This document shows, piece by piece, positions 37,701 through 54,934 of a DNA stretch of 64,000 bases; position 1 is the first letter of the stretch, and every line of letters starts with the position of its first letter. Position numbers and translations under genes: made by a program. The stretch is taken from the NCBI GenBank assembly GCA_036172245.1, contig JAYWIR010000046.1:744001-808000 (forward strand), in the 5' to 3' direction. The DNA comes from Raillietiella orientalis (Eukaryota). The notes beneath the pieces are model-generated. The model was not told the DNA's origin, did no database searches, and worked only from the letters and a program-made list of their open reading frames with translations.

Positions 37701-39829
37701 AGGGTTCGGACACTTGAACGTGAAACGGAGCGCGCGTTTCCGGCACGCTTCAAGCTGGGAACACGCCTTTCTTCGCCTGCATTAAGACGGAGGACCTGTC
37801 CAGGCGAAACAAGGCGTTGCTATGGGCACCTGAAATTTCCTTTCCGTCCTCGCCTCACGATTCTGCGAATTTAGCTCGCATTCCCTCGAAAAGTGGCTGT
37901 CTGTTCGCGCGAAATACGAAAGAAAGTTCGCGCTTCGCACGTGTCGTTCGCAATCCGGCGGTCTGCCAGAGCTCGTTGGCACTTGGATGCTGGCTTCGTT
38001 GGATTCGAGGAGATCGAAAAGCGAAAGGCCAAGCACCACTTTGCGCCTGCTTCTTGCCGTCTCACTGCCCCCTGCTCGCTGAAGATTCCAACCCTGTCAG
38101 ATCGTCCCTCGTTTTAACCCGGTAACGCCAGGACGTTTATTTAGAAAGTAAATTCGCAAGTAGTTGACTCGATTCCCGAAAAGAATGGGAACCTCAGCGG
38201 AAGAGACCGCCGTTGATTCAGAGAAAACCGGATGCCTCCGTTGACTGGCCGAGATAGGAAGTTGACCTTCCAGGGTCCTTCCAGGAATGAAGGAGCCAGT
38301 TCTAATCGGGGTTCCCCTTCGGTTGTGAAAATGGAGCCGTACCATGGAAGTTCAATCCACTGATCATTTTTATGCGAAAGATGAAAACAAAAGCTCCAGG
38401 GAGAGCACATTAGGTGAAATAATGAACTCGACCCAGCTCTGGTCACATCCTCTTCTCTGTTTGAGCATTCAGGGATGCTACTCAGAAAGAGAGGCACGGA
38501 GACCCGTCCGTTGCGTTTGGAAGGCGAAACCGATCCTTCCGCCTCGTCACCCTCTCTTCCGATGGGAGCCATACAATGCTACCACTCCGTGCATTGGTAG
38601 CAGCAACAGCTCTGCGGACTTCTCACAGCCGGATCCAAGCGCGCTCTCCTCCCTTCTTTCGCGCAAGAGATGATCAGAAAACGGCATCCATTTCGGCTCC
38701 TGAGAGAACACACCAAAGACATATGAAGTAAGCTGGGCGGCGGCTGCGCGCCTAGAAAAGAGAGAGGAGGAAAGGAACTGCGCGACGATCGCAATTCTCC
38801 CAGCGACTCCGCGGGAGCGTTCCGGCTCCATACGAGGACCAAGCGGATGAGGTGGGTGCACGATCGCCTCCTACTTCTGCTCCTTCTGCTCCGGGCTTGA
38901 GGACACGCGTTCCCGGGTCACGGTGAGAATTTTTAGAAAATCTACGTGGCACCGAGGGGATAGCTGATGCCTGCACCGAGGTGTGCGCGCTTTGCGTGTA
39001 TGCGGAAGTTCCTTCAAGGGCCTACCCCCCGTAAGGGCCAGTAGGCTTACCTCAAGCTCTTCGCCGCCGGAAGAGCATGGATGTGACTCTCCCAGCAGAT
39101 TGGTCTTCCGGAACTGAAAATTCTTTCTCCTCATTACGGGGATGTCCTCTGGAACACCTGTTCTTTGTCCAGTGATACTCAGAATGTCGACGGCACAAGT
39201 GCTTGAATCTCCACCTTCCTGCAAGAGGAGCGGGAAGGGACCAGCCCACCATTTGGGAAAAAAACCTCTCGCGAGGGTGGAAAGCACCAATGGACTACAA
39301 AAAAGTGCATCTTTATAAAGTGCGGAGCAGTCATCGACATTCGACATCGACATTTCCAACATTCTGCCAGATCACTCCGCGTGATGAAACCACTGAAACC
39401 ATTGAAAACTGAAGAACATCACAAGAAACTTCTTGAAACGAACTCGACGTTCTTTCCTTCAGCTGGAAAAAAAGACAAAAAGATGAATCAGACTCCCCTG
39501 GATGTTGTGGGAACTTTCGTCAACGTATTGAGATGTCTTCAATTGGAAAGATCCACAGGAAAGAGATGTTGCCTTTTCTACTAGTGAAGGCTCCAAGCAA
39601 GGCAGGTGCATGAAGTGACGGTTCATGACGGACCAATGAATGCTCTTCTGACCGGTGGCAGTAACCACCCGTGTAACGAACATTTCGAAAATGACAGTAG
39701 AACGTCTCTACGGAACAGCATCAGACAGATCATTAAGAAATGCCTTTACCTACGAGCTAGGGTGTGAAGGAGTAATGCTCCGCACCGACCAATCATGAGG
39801 ATGTCTCCGTCTCTTTGACTTCCAATTCC

Positions 39830-40555
39830 CTCCAAGTTGACCTTACGGGGTCATTCCAGGATATCAAGGTATCAAGGTATCCTTTGGTATTCTCCTCCTG
39901 TTGAGAAAATGGAGCCGTTCCCTTCCTCATTAGAGGGAGGGAAGGTTGCGTTGGAGGTTCCTTCCTTCATCGCGTACCAAGGAGCTGGTAGATTGATGAT
40001 ACCTCCTCTCCAGAATGCTCAGGAGCGTGCTGTTACGTTAGGGGGGCTCACTTCTGAGAAATTTCGGAAGCATCCCTTCGGGGTTCTCTTCAGAGGAGTG
40101 GTTCCCTTGAGGGTTCCCTCCAGAGAAGAAATTCCTAATAGCGGATCCTATCCAGGTTCCCTTCGGAGAAACAGACATGGAGCGAACCCCTCCGGGATCC
40201 CTCCGGAGAGAGTGAGGAAGAGGTTCCCTTTAGGGTTTCCTTCGGAGACAACCAGGGTGGAGGGCTCTCTTTGGGGATCCCTACCAGGCACGAGAGGAAT
40301 GGACTCCCTCTTCCGGAGCCCTTCCTGGATTCATAGGATGGTCTCCTACCGGAAAATTCTCTATCTTGAAGAATTAACACAGACCCTCGGGTGGCATGGA
40401 ACAGTGTGAAAGAGCTGCGTGAGCTGCCAGACGCGCGACGGTCCTTCAGGTGCTCAGCGAACCAAAAAAAAGAAAACCTGAAAAAAAAAAGAAGCTGGAA
40501 GGTAAACAGCGAATACAGAAAAGAACCCAAAAGGATTTCTATCATTCGTTTTATC
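39830..40555 (+). repeat. Dispersed structured repeat homologous to 26425-27255; partial copies at ~1900-2200(-), 23500-23580, 38190-38345 and 44880-44960
   Basis: Shared blocks TTTCGGAAGC.TCCCTTCGGGGTTCTCTTCAGAGGAGTG, GAAGAAATTCCTA..AGCGGATCCT and CCTTCGGAGACAACCAGGGTGG, plus an A-rich tail ending AGAACCCAA. Confidence 0.85.
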
Positions 40556-40559
40556 CCGG

Positions 40560-41250
40560 ATGGGAAATAATGTGCTTTATAGAAACAAAGACTATGGGGG
40601 CTTGGACAACTCGTCAACTCACGGACGCTGCGACACCTTTCGACGCTGCCGAAAGGACTTCTACGATGGAAAAAATTGCTCGGCATCCCTCCGGAGAAGG
40701 CGAAGTGGTCCCCAGCCTGCTCGAACAGGGACACCCTCCCCTTGGAGTGATAGGAGTTGGCATTGCTGGTGTTTCATGGGGGAATCCTATGCACAGCGCG
40801 CCTTCACCACTAGACACGGGGGAGCATGGACGCTAGCTGAGACAGGTGCGAGAAGAAGGAGACTCTCTTGCACCTGCTGTTGGACTGTGCTGCCCTCCGA
40901 CTCCTTTCGGATCGCCTCGAGACGATCCTAGGAATCCTGGTGAACGGCCCCAGAGTGGCACGTGCCTTACTATCGCCAGCCGTGTCCCTCGCAATGCTCT
41001 GCTGTCTTCGAGGGATTGGGGCGGCGTGGAAGGCCAGAGGAAGAGGCCAAATGCAAGGGATGCCATCCACTGGGCGCGAATCTTCCTGAGGACCGCCTCG
41101 AGATTGCCTCACCTGGACGAGATAAGAACAGAACTTGTTAGTATCCTGAATAGAACAGGCTGCAGAGGACTCCTGGAAGAGTACCGTGATTCCTTCCACG
41201 GTCCCTCCCCTCCCTGTTTTGTTTGTTTATTTTTGTGTTTTCTCTTCCTC
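40560..41250 (+). mobile_element. CCHC retroelement 3' fragment
   Basis: WTTRQLTDAATP; RCEKKETLLHLLLDC; LCCLR; RDAI..FLRTASRLPHL. Confidence 0.75.
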
Positions 41251-43169
41251 TCTTCGCAACCGAAGCGGACCTCGCCGATCTCCGTACCGTATTCGGCACG
41301 TTCATTGAGCTTAATAGAACCAACGGTTCTACCACAAAAATGTATTCTATTACTTGAAGTAATAAATGACCTGGAAAAACTGGGTGATAATCATCTGTTG
41401 CATTTCCATTTCCAGCACTGTGTTACAGTCGCTGCTGTTCCCGCCAGTACCTTGCGCTTACCCCGCGGGTCCACCCAAGAAATGAACCTGCTCTTTTACG
41501 ATAGAAATCTTCGCGATCTCCCATTGAAAAATGACACAATGGATGATGCCGTTGTCAAGCAGTCTTTAGTAGCGATGTGGGTTCCGGAGCCAGAAATCTG
41601 GAGGAAATCTATAGTCTGCTGTGTTCTGGCTCAAATTTTGCAAGGTCTCTGGGGCAGATTCCAGACATCCTAAACTCAGATTTGCCTCCGTCCTTCGCGA
41701 AATCTTACATAAGTCCTCGGTCAAAATACCCGGCCAAGCAGAGATGCAGATCAAAAAATTCCGATCCCCTTGATCCTACTCTGGAATGCGGTTTTTGCTA
41801 AAGACTGCTTTTCTTTGTTCGATCAACGTTTTTATTGGGAGCACTCCGAGTATTTTCATCCAAATGCTCGAAACCACTTCCATGGTGATTCCATCACTGA
41901 AAGCATGATGATAGGAGTGATGGAGATGCTATCCTTGTTCCATCACGCCGATCTCTACATCTTTAGATCGCACGCAAGCATCTGATTGCAAAAATTGCCT
42001 TATCTTTCTTTGCGCAGCTGAACTTGGGCTGATGCACCGGCACGTTAATCTTTGGAATCTCTTCCGAGCGCTAACAAATCATTAGCAAAGTCATCTCGTC
42101 TCAGGAACGAAAACGCAGCAGTCTTCTTCTAGATGTCCCCAGCATCCAAAAAAGCCTTGCCACCCGGGGGCCAACTCAAGACTCCAGCGGCCAGAAGTGA
42201 CGTTCCATAGCGAGGGTTGAACCATCATTCGCGGCGTTTCCAGCTCGGGTGAGAACGCTGACACGGCTCCAGGAGAACGGCAGAAGGAGAAAGCAAATGC
42301 CGAAGCTCTTGCTCCACCTCTTCCAGAGCAATGCCGACAGCTGTGCGACAGCTGATGGTGGAATTCTCGGAAGGACGACGAGCTGCTCAGAGATTTCAGG
42401 ATCCTTCATAAGTATCCAGGAACGCCGTGGCTGAGGAAGGCACTTGAAGATACATGCAGCTCTGCATCGTCATGCTATGAGGCCCGCAACGCTACGTTAA
42501 GCCACGAGGTTCGTTTTTGCGCATGCGCCACATTCTCAAAATCGGTAGTTCCCGGTGCTTGTAACGTGCACGTGCATTTGAGGCGCCCGAACATCCACAT
42601 GATAAGGAATATAGGTCAAGTCACAAGACCGTACGAGTAGCAAGCTGCCTCTAGCAACGTTTGACATCGTTTGAAGATTCGAAATCCATGTTTCAGGAGC
42701 GTCCACCCATCCACCTCCCATTCACGACGTTACGTCGAACACTCGCCAACACGATTCCCTTCACTGGTGATGTTGCAGAATCGGCGTCGCACCCTTGATG
42801 CGACTCAATGTCACCTATTCAGAAGGAAGTTTCTGAAAAGCATTTGGCATGTAAGTCCTCAAGTGAACTGTTACGGGAAGAAGAAGGGGAACATGCAAGT
42901 TAGAAATCGGCTCGGAGATTTGAACTCGCGGCGAAGAGGAAAGCATCTGCGGTCCACCTTTCCTGATTTCATGAAGTGTATGTTGAGGTAGTGTTCTTCG
43001 CTCACTTACCAGAATTCTGGAACAAAGAAAGGATGGGATTTCAAAAACGAAAGGATTGCGATGAAGTTCACTTTCTTTCGATTATCCTTGCTTCGATTTT
43101 TATTGAGTTAGCACGAGAAATCTCGTTTGTGAAATCTCCCTGACGACGAGATTCGAATGGTAAATAACC

Positions 43170-44640
43170 TTACTTGTCTTCCACACTGAGACCAGGTTGA
43201 AACTTGTCGTTTATCCGTGAGAACGACAGACACAAATATGCATGTGTACGACATGGCACTGAAGACAAGGATGACGAACTAAAATCGAACTTATTTAGAA
43301 TTGATCTTGTAAGGATGCCGGAAAGTTCCTGTTTCAAGACTCCCAGATGAGGCCATCTTGACACTGTCTTCATGAAGAGGACAGCAAAATAGATGGCGTC
43401 CCTGTCGTTCTGGCCTTCTATGGCGTTGCTCCATGCAGACACGATCCTGCGTAGGCAGCAAAGTGCTGCTAGGGATGCGGCCGGCGTGAGAGTGTCGCGC
43501 AGGAAGAAGAACTTCAAAACGTCTCTGGAATTGCCCTCGGGTATCCGCAGGAAAGTGGCCAAGCGTTCCATGGAGTGGAAGGCAACATACTCCATGAGCA
43601 GGTGCGAGAGGGACTCTCTCTCGCCGCACCTGCCGCAGTTTGGGCTTACACTCCCCTGGTCCAATGGTGTCGGCGGGCGTTGCAAGGGAGACCCCAGTGC
43701 AGCAGCAACACCGCCGACTTCTGCCACTTCAAGGGGAGGGTGTGGATGTTTATGAGCACTGGGAGCCTCTTCAGATGTTCCAGCAGAACATCCAGTAGCT
43801 CGCCCCAGAGCAAAAGTCCATGAAGTCGAGCAATCGGGATCGCAGCTGGCACGTTGTCCCCTCGCCCGATCCTTTCTCCCTCCAGAGATTTCTGCAGCAA
43901 CCTCCCATCTAGCCGTAAGGCTGCTGCCCATGTACTCCCTAAGGGAGGGCAGTGCGGCGGTAAGAGAGGTTCTGCTTGCCCATGCACTCTTCGCGAGATC
44001 TTCCAGCATCTCCAGGAGCGTGCATTTGTCGTTACACGCGTACAGGAAACGTGGTACCTGTTCCGCACTTGGTTCCTGGATCTTCGTCCAGGTGAACACG
44101 GCTTCCTGCAATCAGGCACTACCGTTCGAGGGGCGGTACGAGATCCATGCGTTTTTTCTGGCCAGCATGGTCACTTGCCGCAGGTGTGGTCCGGTGTGAA
44201 TGAGACTGCATGGACAGTGCGCAAGAAAGGACGCGAATCCCACGCTGCCGGTGGCTTGCTGACGAGAAGACATGCAGGTTGGCACTAGATGGTGCTCCAT
44301 AAGTTTTTCATGAGGGCCAGTGTTCGAAACTGGAGTTGCAGCTCCATTCGCTCCAGCATCAGGAGACTTAGGCCGCTGTCCTTGCGCGGAGCACACAAGT
44401 CCTTTTGGGGGACTCATGGTCTCCCTTTGCCAAAAAAAGCGATCGGGATAAGGTCCTTTACTAATGCTGCATGGCGGGAGACTAACAAAAAGCAGGGAGA
44501 GGAGGGCGAAGGACACGAAGGCGTTCCACACTGCGGCCCGCTCCGGCAGGTTTTACCTGCCTCTTTGGAACGGGACGAGCGCCTTTCTGAAGACGGCCAG
44601 ACCAGGCTTCTGAGTAGCAGAAGTCCCCCAACGGAACGCC
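43170..44640 (-). mobile_element. CCHC retroelement fragment
   Basis: LPLKWQKSAVLLLHWGLPCNARRHHWTRG; PNCGRCGERESLSHLL; AALCCLR; RDAI..FMKTVSRWPHL. Confidence 0.8.
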
Positions 44641-44989
44641 TAAGTATTTTAAGAACCAGCAGTGGCGATCGCCGGTCGGATCCAGGACGCACCAACGGGA
44701 ACCACGGACGACTTCGCCAAACTGTTCACCAACGGGACCGTCTCGCAGCTGAGCAACTCGAAGAAACCGTCGAGTGCGCATGCAGGGGTGGACATGGTAA
44801 GCAGAAGAAGAAGACGTCCGGGTAGGCACTGGTGGAAGCCGGAAACCCACAGATGCCCTGTCGACAGGTCGGGATTGCAAGTTGAGCCTCCGGGGTCGTT
44901 TAGGGAAGCAAGGAGTCTGTTCCCTTCGGAACCTCCGGTTGTGTGAAATGGAGCCGGTCCTCCCTCGAAGGGACTAACGGACTTTACCT

Positions 44990-45620
44990 CCTTCAGTATA
45001 GTGGCCTTCTCGGTATGCCTCCCCAAAGAACTCGTGGTCCCCCCTCCCTGTGTTTAGACACTACGATGCTACCTCTACGGTGGAAACGGGAGGTCCTGCT
45101 GTTCCGCACTGGGGATTCCGGCGCAACCAGAGCAGATACCCGGATTTAGGAAGAATTGCATCCCTAAACTGTTCCAGGTTCTGGGAAATGGAATTGTTCC
45201 CACATATCCTGCTGGACTGCAGTGCTCTGGAAGACATATGGCGGAGACTCCCTTCGGCGCTCGCTACTTGGAGGATACCGCACTGCATCTGCTGCGACGC
45301 TTCTTCACTGAAGGCGGACTGTCGACGGGCGCTTTGATCGCAAAAATCCGTTGCATCCGTGCCATCTCCACATCCTGCCATGTGATGGAACCTCGCTCCC
45401 AGAGAAGGGAGGCCATCCTAAAGGCAGCCGCCTTGATGAGCACGGCTACGAGGTGACCTCACCCGCAAGAAGAGGTCGCCAGGGAGATAGCCAACACTCA
45501 GCTCCAGCTCTAGGAAGAAAGGAGCAGCTAAAACCAAAGATCCCTGTCCATTTATCAACTTTATTTATTGTCCCCTCCTTTCCGTTCCCTGCCGCCGTTA
45601 CCCCCTGCTCCCTCCCTCTG
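44990..45620 (+). mobile_element. CCHC retroelement 3' fragment
   Basis: LPLRWK; HWG; CSRFWEMELFPHILLDC; REAI..LMSTATR*PH. Confidence 0.72.
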
Positions 45621-47749
45621 TCTTTTCCTGACACAATCCCTCGGGAATCACGTCCTTGACCGTGAGGTCACTCCATTCCATCCCCCAGATTTATGTTTGC
45701 ACACCTTCTTTCTTTTTCCCTTCACTCGACCTCATTACTGTTGTGACGTAAACTTTTCCTTATTGGTGTTTATGATATCCTTATGTTGCGCATTGTCCCG
45801 CTTCCTATCTACGAGAGGCTGAGATCTGCAGATCGTAAACCCCGCAGCGCAACAGTTCACCGGCAAGTCATTCTGGCGCGGAATACGAAGGCGAAGGAGC
45901 TCCAAGGGAAAGCCATCTCGACGTTTGAAGCAGGGAGCCAAACGTCTGGATGGGTCTCCAAGGAGCGCACGCACTGCAGAGCGGAGACTATCGCGTATGA
46001 GGTTTGGCGATGAGCCGGAAAGCAGCACGGATGGAAGCGCACCTCAGGGGCACTGCCTTCCGATCAGGTTCCCTCGGCATTGCTCAGGAGGATGCTTGCT
46101 TCTTGGGCTTGCAGATTGTCTTCTCGTTGGCCACGTTCTGCCACGTGCGAGCAGAGGGCAAGGCGGAAGAAGACCTTCTGCCGCCCTCATGAGAGCTACC
46201 GCGAAATGGACCAAACTGGCAAGTAGAAGAGGAGGAAACTTCGGCAGCAGAGCAGACCGGCTCGAAAGCGACGACCTCACCCCCTGCGAAGATGGCGAGG
46301 ATCACTACCGTGAGATTAGTCTGTTCTACCCTTATCTCTATTGATTGATCTTCCTTCCCCAGTTATGACCCCTGGTTGAGGTTCGAACCCTTTCGTCTTG
46401 GAATGGAGGATGCCTGACCCTTTTATTTCACGTGGAAAAAGGTCAACTTCAAGTCAAACCCCAACACCAGAGACCAGAAGCTGCTGCCGAAGACATGCAA
46501 AAGACAAGAATGCAACCCTAGTCGATAGAACAAGGGCTGTGGAATAGTGATGGAGCCCCTTTTCCCCATTTTCTTCACACCTTTCCGAACTCTCTCCCCC
46601 CCCTCGAAATTTTCAGCCGGTTGATTGCTTTACGTAAATGACCCGGCGTGGCGGGAGACGAGAAGGCCGCTGGCGAAGCGACCACTTCCTTTGAAGTGCA
46701 CGGAAACGACTTCAGCGAGGTCGCTATGCGCAAAGGCGCTGATCCCGACCCTTTGGATGGAACGAGCCTGGCCGGTTGCCCGAGGGCTGCCTTGCGCTGC
46801 CTCCACCTGAGCTCTTCGGATCACCAGGTCCGCATATGCCACACATTGGTAGCTCTGGGAAGGGGTGAATGAGGGGAGTCCTTCTGGGGATCGGAGGCCA
46901 CCTCTGGAGCTTTCGGAAAGCTGAAGAGGAGCGCAGCACCAGGGAAGATCATGGCGCCGAAGGCGACTCCTGCTGTCGTACGAACAAGAAAGGCACGGTG
47001 GCGTGGAAGAACTGCCTGCAGCAGGGTTGCTGGGGCAACACACACACTCAGGCGTGCATGATGAAGCACCAGACGCACTTCCTACGTGGCAAAGAGGCGA
47101 AATGCCGGAAGGGTTGGCAACTTGCGGAAATGGTTCAGGGGAGCGAGGAGGAACGGCAGACCCGAGACCAAGGAGCTTCTTCCCTGATCCTCCTCCTCCT
47201 GCCCATCGCAAGGTTTCCTATACCCGCGGAAACTCCGGGGGAAGGGTGCGGCTTCGAAGAACAACTCGCCAGAGGGAGGACGCTGGCTCTGCACATATGC
47301 CGTCGCTCCAGCCGTCACCTAGCATCCGAGCGACCTAGTCGCGCGGAGCAACGCTCACACTTGAAGGGGAGAACCCGTTTATTAGGCACCCGCGGAAAAA
47401 AGAAAAAAACAAAGCAATACGAACCCCACCCTGCCGCTCGAAGCTTTCCGCAAGCGCCTGATTCCAGAATGTGGATGGGGGCGTGACTCAACATTCCGAG
47501 GCCAGAAGTGAGCCTCTCCCAGTCCTCCCAGCCTTGTTTCGTGGAGCACAAAATGGCGGCACGAGACAAAGAGGGCAGGCGCAAAGTGCGTTCCCCTCTT
47601 TTCCCCCCCCCCCACCATTCTCTCTCTCCCTCTCTCTCGCCAGCGCTCCCACAAAAAGTCGATCACCTCGTGATTTAGAGAGAAGCTGCTTCTGGACCCG
47701 GACGTTTTCTCCGAAACAGAGATCTGCACACTGAACTCGCGCTAGGGAT

Positions 47750-48950
47750 CAGTTTAGAATCGAGAATTTTTCTCAGGAAGCCATGGACACATTCCCTCTC
47801 TTCCGGGACAGCGCGGGGAAGCTCTTTGGTCAGGAAAAAGGATGCAGAGACTTCAGCAACCATCACGCACTCCTGGGAACCCAGATTTCCCTCCAAGAAA
47901 GCGGTCACTTGGTGGACTAGGGCATCAGCACGTTTCTCCTCCCAGCTCCGCTCCCAGCCAGAGCACTCTGGGGCACCGACGTACGGGGTCAGTGGAGGCC
48001 GTGAAGTGATCCACGGCTCCCAGAGGCCCCCTAGGAAAACTAGGACGGAGAACTGCGATAAATGTGTGACCAGTGTCGAAAGGACCACTGATGCGCGCAG
48101 GCCAAAGCCTTCGCGACTGACAGCACCTCGCTGAGCAGGACTGCGTGGATGCGACCTGCCCAAGAGAGGACCCCGCTCACGCTAACCGTGGACCTCATAT
48201 GAGGACTGCGAGCAAAGCGAAGGACCTCCTCTTCGCTACTCTTCCACCCCTTTACCCGGCCTTTCTCCCTCCATGCGAGCCGATACGACGGCGTGCTGCG
48301 TTACCTGCCGCAGCGGAGTCGTCGTGGAGCTCTGCCTACAATCCTCCAGATTCATGCCTGAGGGGAAAAGAAAGGAAGGAAGAGGGATGGAGGAGGAAGC
48401 ACCTGGTGTGCTGGGACTAGACCCTCTGGTTAGCCGTCTCGGGCAGCGTGCGAGCGCGAGCGATCGTGGAAACACGTGCGTGACACTCGTGAGAGAACCC
48501 GCCACCGTTCCTGAGGGCGAAACCGCGCTAGCGGCGGGTCTTCCTGATCCCCAGAGCAGTCTCGTTTCCCCTTCCGTTCTCTTTCTTTCTTGGAAGCTCC
48601 ATCCGGAAAATGGCCGTCTTGCGTCTGGAGGCTTGGAAGCAGCACACAGAGTACAGCCACCCGCCCGAAGTCTCGTCCAAAGTTGGGATTCCCCGGATTT
48701 ACCCATTTGCACGTCCTAACGCGAAGGCGGTTTCCTGAACTTTCCCGCCACTGTCACCCCCTTTCTGTCTCTACACACCCGAGCTCCACCACCGTGCGAA
48801 CGCCGACTCTGGTCGAGCAGCCTTTTAATCCGGAAGCATCTGAGCCTCTCTCATTAACTTTCTTGCAGTTCCCCTAGCGTGCGGAAGTAGTCTGAAGTCC
48901 TCCACACGTCTCTGGATGACGGGAACCCACAGAGATATTGACCTACGCGC
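47750..48950 (-). mobile_element. Possible decayed LTR-retrotransposon pol fragment (RNase H / integrase)
   Basis: Reverse complement gives SDASG (~48840) and ISGPFDTGHTFIAV (~48080), resembling the RNase H DAS and integrase GPF motifs. Weak. Confidence 0.3.
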
Positions 48951-51321
48951 CACCCTGCCTTCGAAATCTCTATCCGCGACAGTAGTGTGAAAACAAGGAA
49001 ATGAAAGAATTCCGTGAGCACGAAAACAGAGGGAAAAAAATTTGCAGCTGGAAACCGTAATAAGAAACTAGAATCTTGAGAAAATATTCCGAATAACTCA
49101 AAGTTCCGATCGTGAGGTGTTTCTAATGTATGAATGTAATATGATGGCAACAGTACACATTCATGGATGCAAAAAAAGTTTAATGTTTGGGTACAGGGTG
49201 GTACTGCTTCTTTCGTAGCGAATATCTGCTTCGCTCTTTCAACCAAATAAAATCACTTAAAAACGTGCAACCGGCATGATAGGAAAATCTGGATCGGCAT
49301 TTCATCTTATGCCAAAACACGCGAGATTCTAATTTTTCCAAAAAAAAATAAAGGGGTGGGGACAAATCGGATCTGTCAGAACTCAGTGCATCTTGGAAAA
49401 TTTCTAAAAGAAATGGAATGAAGGCAGAAAACTCACTTTTTATTTGCTACACACAAAAAGTGATTGCCATTGTTTGTGTTCGAACTAAGGCTTTATATGC
49501 AAATGCTGTAGCGCATATAAGCATAAGTCTTTTCAAACCCAGTTCATTCATTTTACTGCAAATTATGCGGAACCGGATGCCGCACATAGTTTCATCATAA
49601 ATACTGTGTGCAGGGGCACGCATACACAAATATGCATGCATAATATATCATACAATGAGTAAAAGCATAATACTTATTTGATGGTAAAGGAAGTCATTTT
49701 GCCTGTAACAAGTCCGAAACGTAATACGACTATACTCATATCAGTGCTATGATACTATCAAGGAACACTTTTCTGAAATAAATTCAAGTACAAAACTACC
49801 AAACGAGAATCATCTGACATCAATAAGTAAGCAGCAACTGTGCTATTTATTTACACAAAAACAGAGTTTTCAGGATGCGTATTATTATCCCTGGATATTC
49901 GGAAAACAATTTTAAAGATCTTAGCAAAAATTCACTTTGCATCACGAAAATCCACCACCTTACATCACACAGCAAAATATAGAAATGTAGAGAAGGAGAA
50001 AAAATCTCGTTTGATTATTCACTGTGCACCAATGCCCCAACGTTCAAAATAATGAATGAGCATGCGTGTTGTGAACGTAAATAGGTGAGGGATTCCCATT
50101 TCATATGCAAATTCCAGTCTCGTATGTAAACACTGGAACAAACCGAATTTCGTTACCTTATTAGTAATTCCAGAGTCTAAACTTTACAACTGAATGGCTG
50201 AAGACGTTTTTCATGTATTTCTAACAGTATATTTTTTGGAAAGGTCATCGCCAGTCTGTATTACATGTTTAAAATTGCTGCCGCTTGTAGCTGCAACCGG
50301 TTTGAAGTATGGTGTGAACCGCTTATTTACATCTGTAACCAATACTGTGAGTCTTGTCGTTGTCGTTATGCTCCTGTTGAATGCCATACTTTATTATCGT
50401 TTACTTTCTAATTCTTGGTATTTCAAGGAACAATGATGCGCAACAGTTCGCTGTTAAGTGCAAATTTTCCCAGTTGTGTTTTTGTTTTGCATGACCTAGG
50501 TGGACATGCAAATGCAATACTAATATCATTATTAATGCATATTTTGCATATATTACAAATACAATTTGCGTAGAATTATGGGTCTAAATAGTCTAATTGA
50601 AATGGATACTTACTGTTTGAATTAGGTGTCGTTTTGAATTGCATTTTAAGTGCAATTAAAAGTGCGTTAATTGAATTTTATAGGTTTTTTTTTTTTTTAT
50701 TCTGCATGTAATCCCCGTTTACTTATTTTTCTTTGATTCAAGATAAAATATAATTAAATTTGTTTGCATGATCCCATAATTTATACATACTTAATATGTA
50801 TGTGCATATATAATAATGGTTGCATACAAGAAGCCTAAACAAGTTTGCTTACAAAATAGTAATCTCATTAACCCCATATTCATTTAACCCATTGTTATAG
50901 GTTTCGTAGATTTTATTTTGCTCAGGTGTACCATTATAAACTGAAATTTGGATGAATTTGTGCCACAGTCAATAAAAACAAATACTTTCATTGTTTGTGT
51001 AAATTCAGATATGCTAAAGCTAAATTTAGTTATGTACCCGAACAGGGCTTGAAATTAAATTAATATTTATTAATTATTTATTAATCTACAACATGACCCA
51101 CTGCTCTCCTAATTTAGTTTATCTGCTTAAAGATCAAAATGCGGATGTAAAACTTTTTTGATGTCATTGCAGGAATTTCAGTCTCAATATGTAACATAAA
51201 TTTTACATGCAATCCTTGTTTGATTCTTTCTTGGCATACTCCTTAAAATCTGCCCTCCTGTTTGAGCATCTTACAAAGATGCCTTCAGTCTGGCTGAGTG
51301 TGTCATGAGAAATTTGGATTC

Positions 51322-54934
<3,613 letters not shown>

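Noticed and set aside
51298..51321. Upstream start of ORF 51298 (MCHEKFGF...)
   Set aside because: The ORF track begins at a non-ATG codon. The ATG at 51322 gives the canonical Met-Gly N-terminus of Src kinases.
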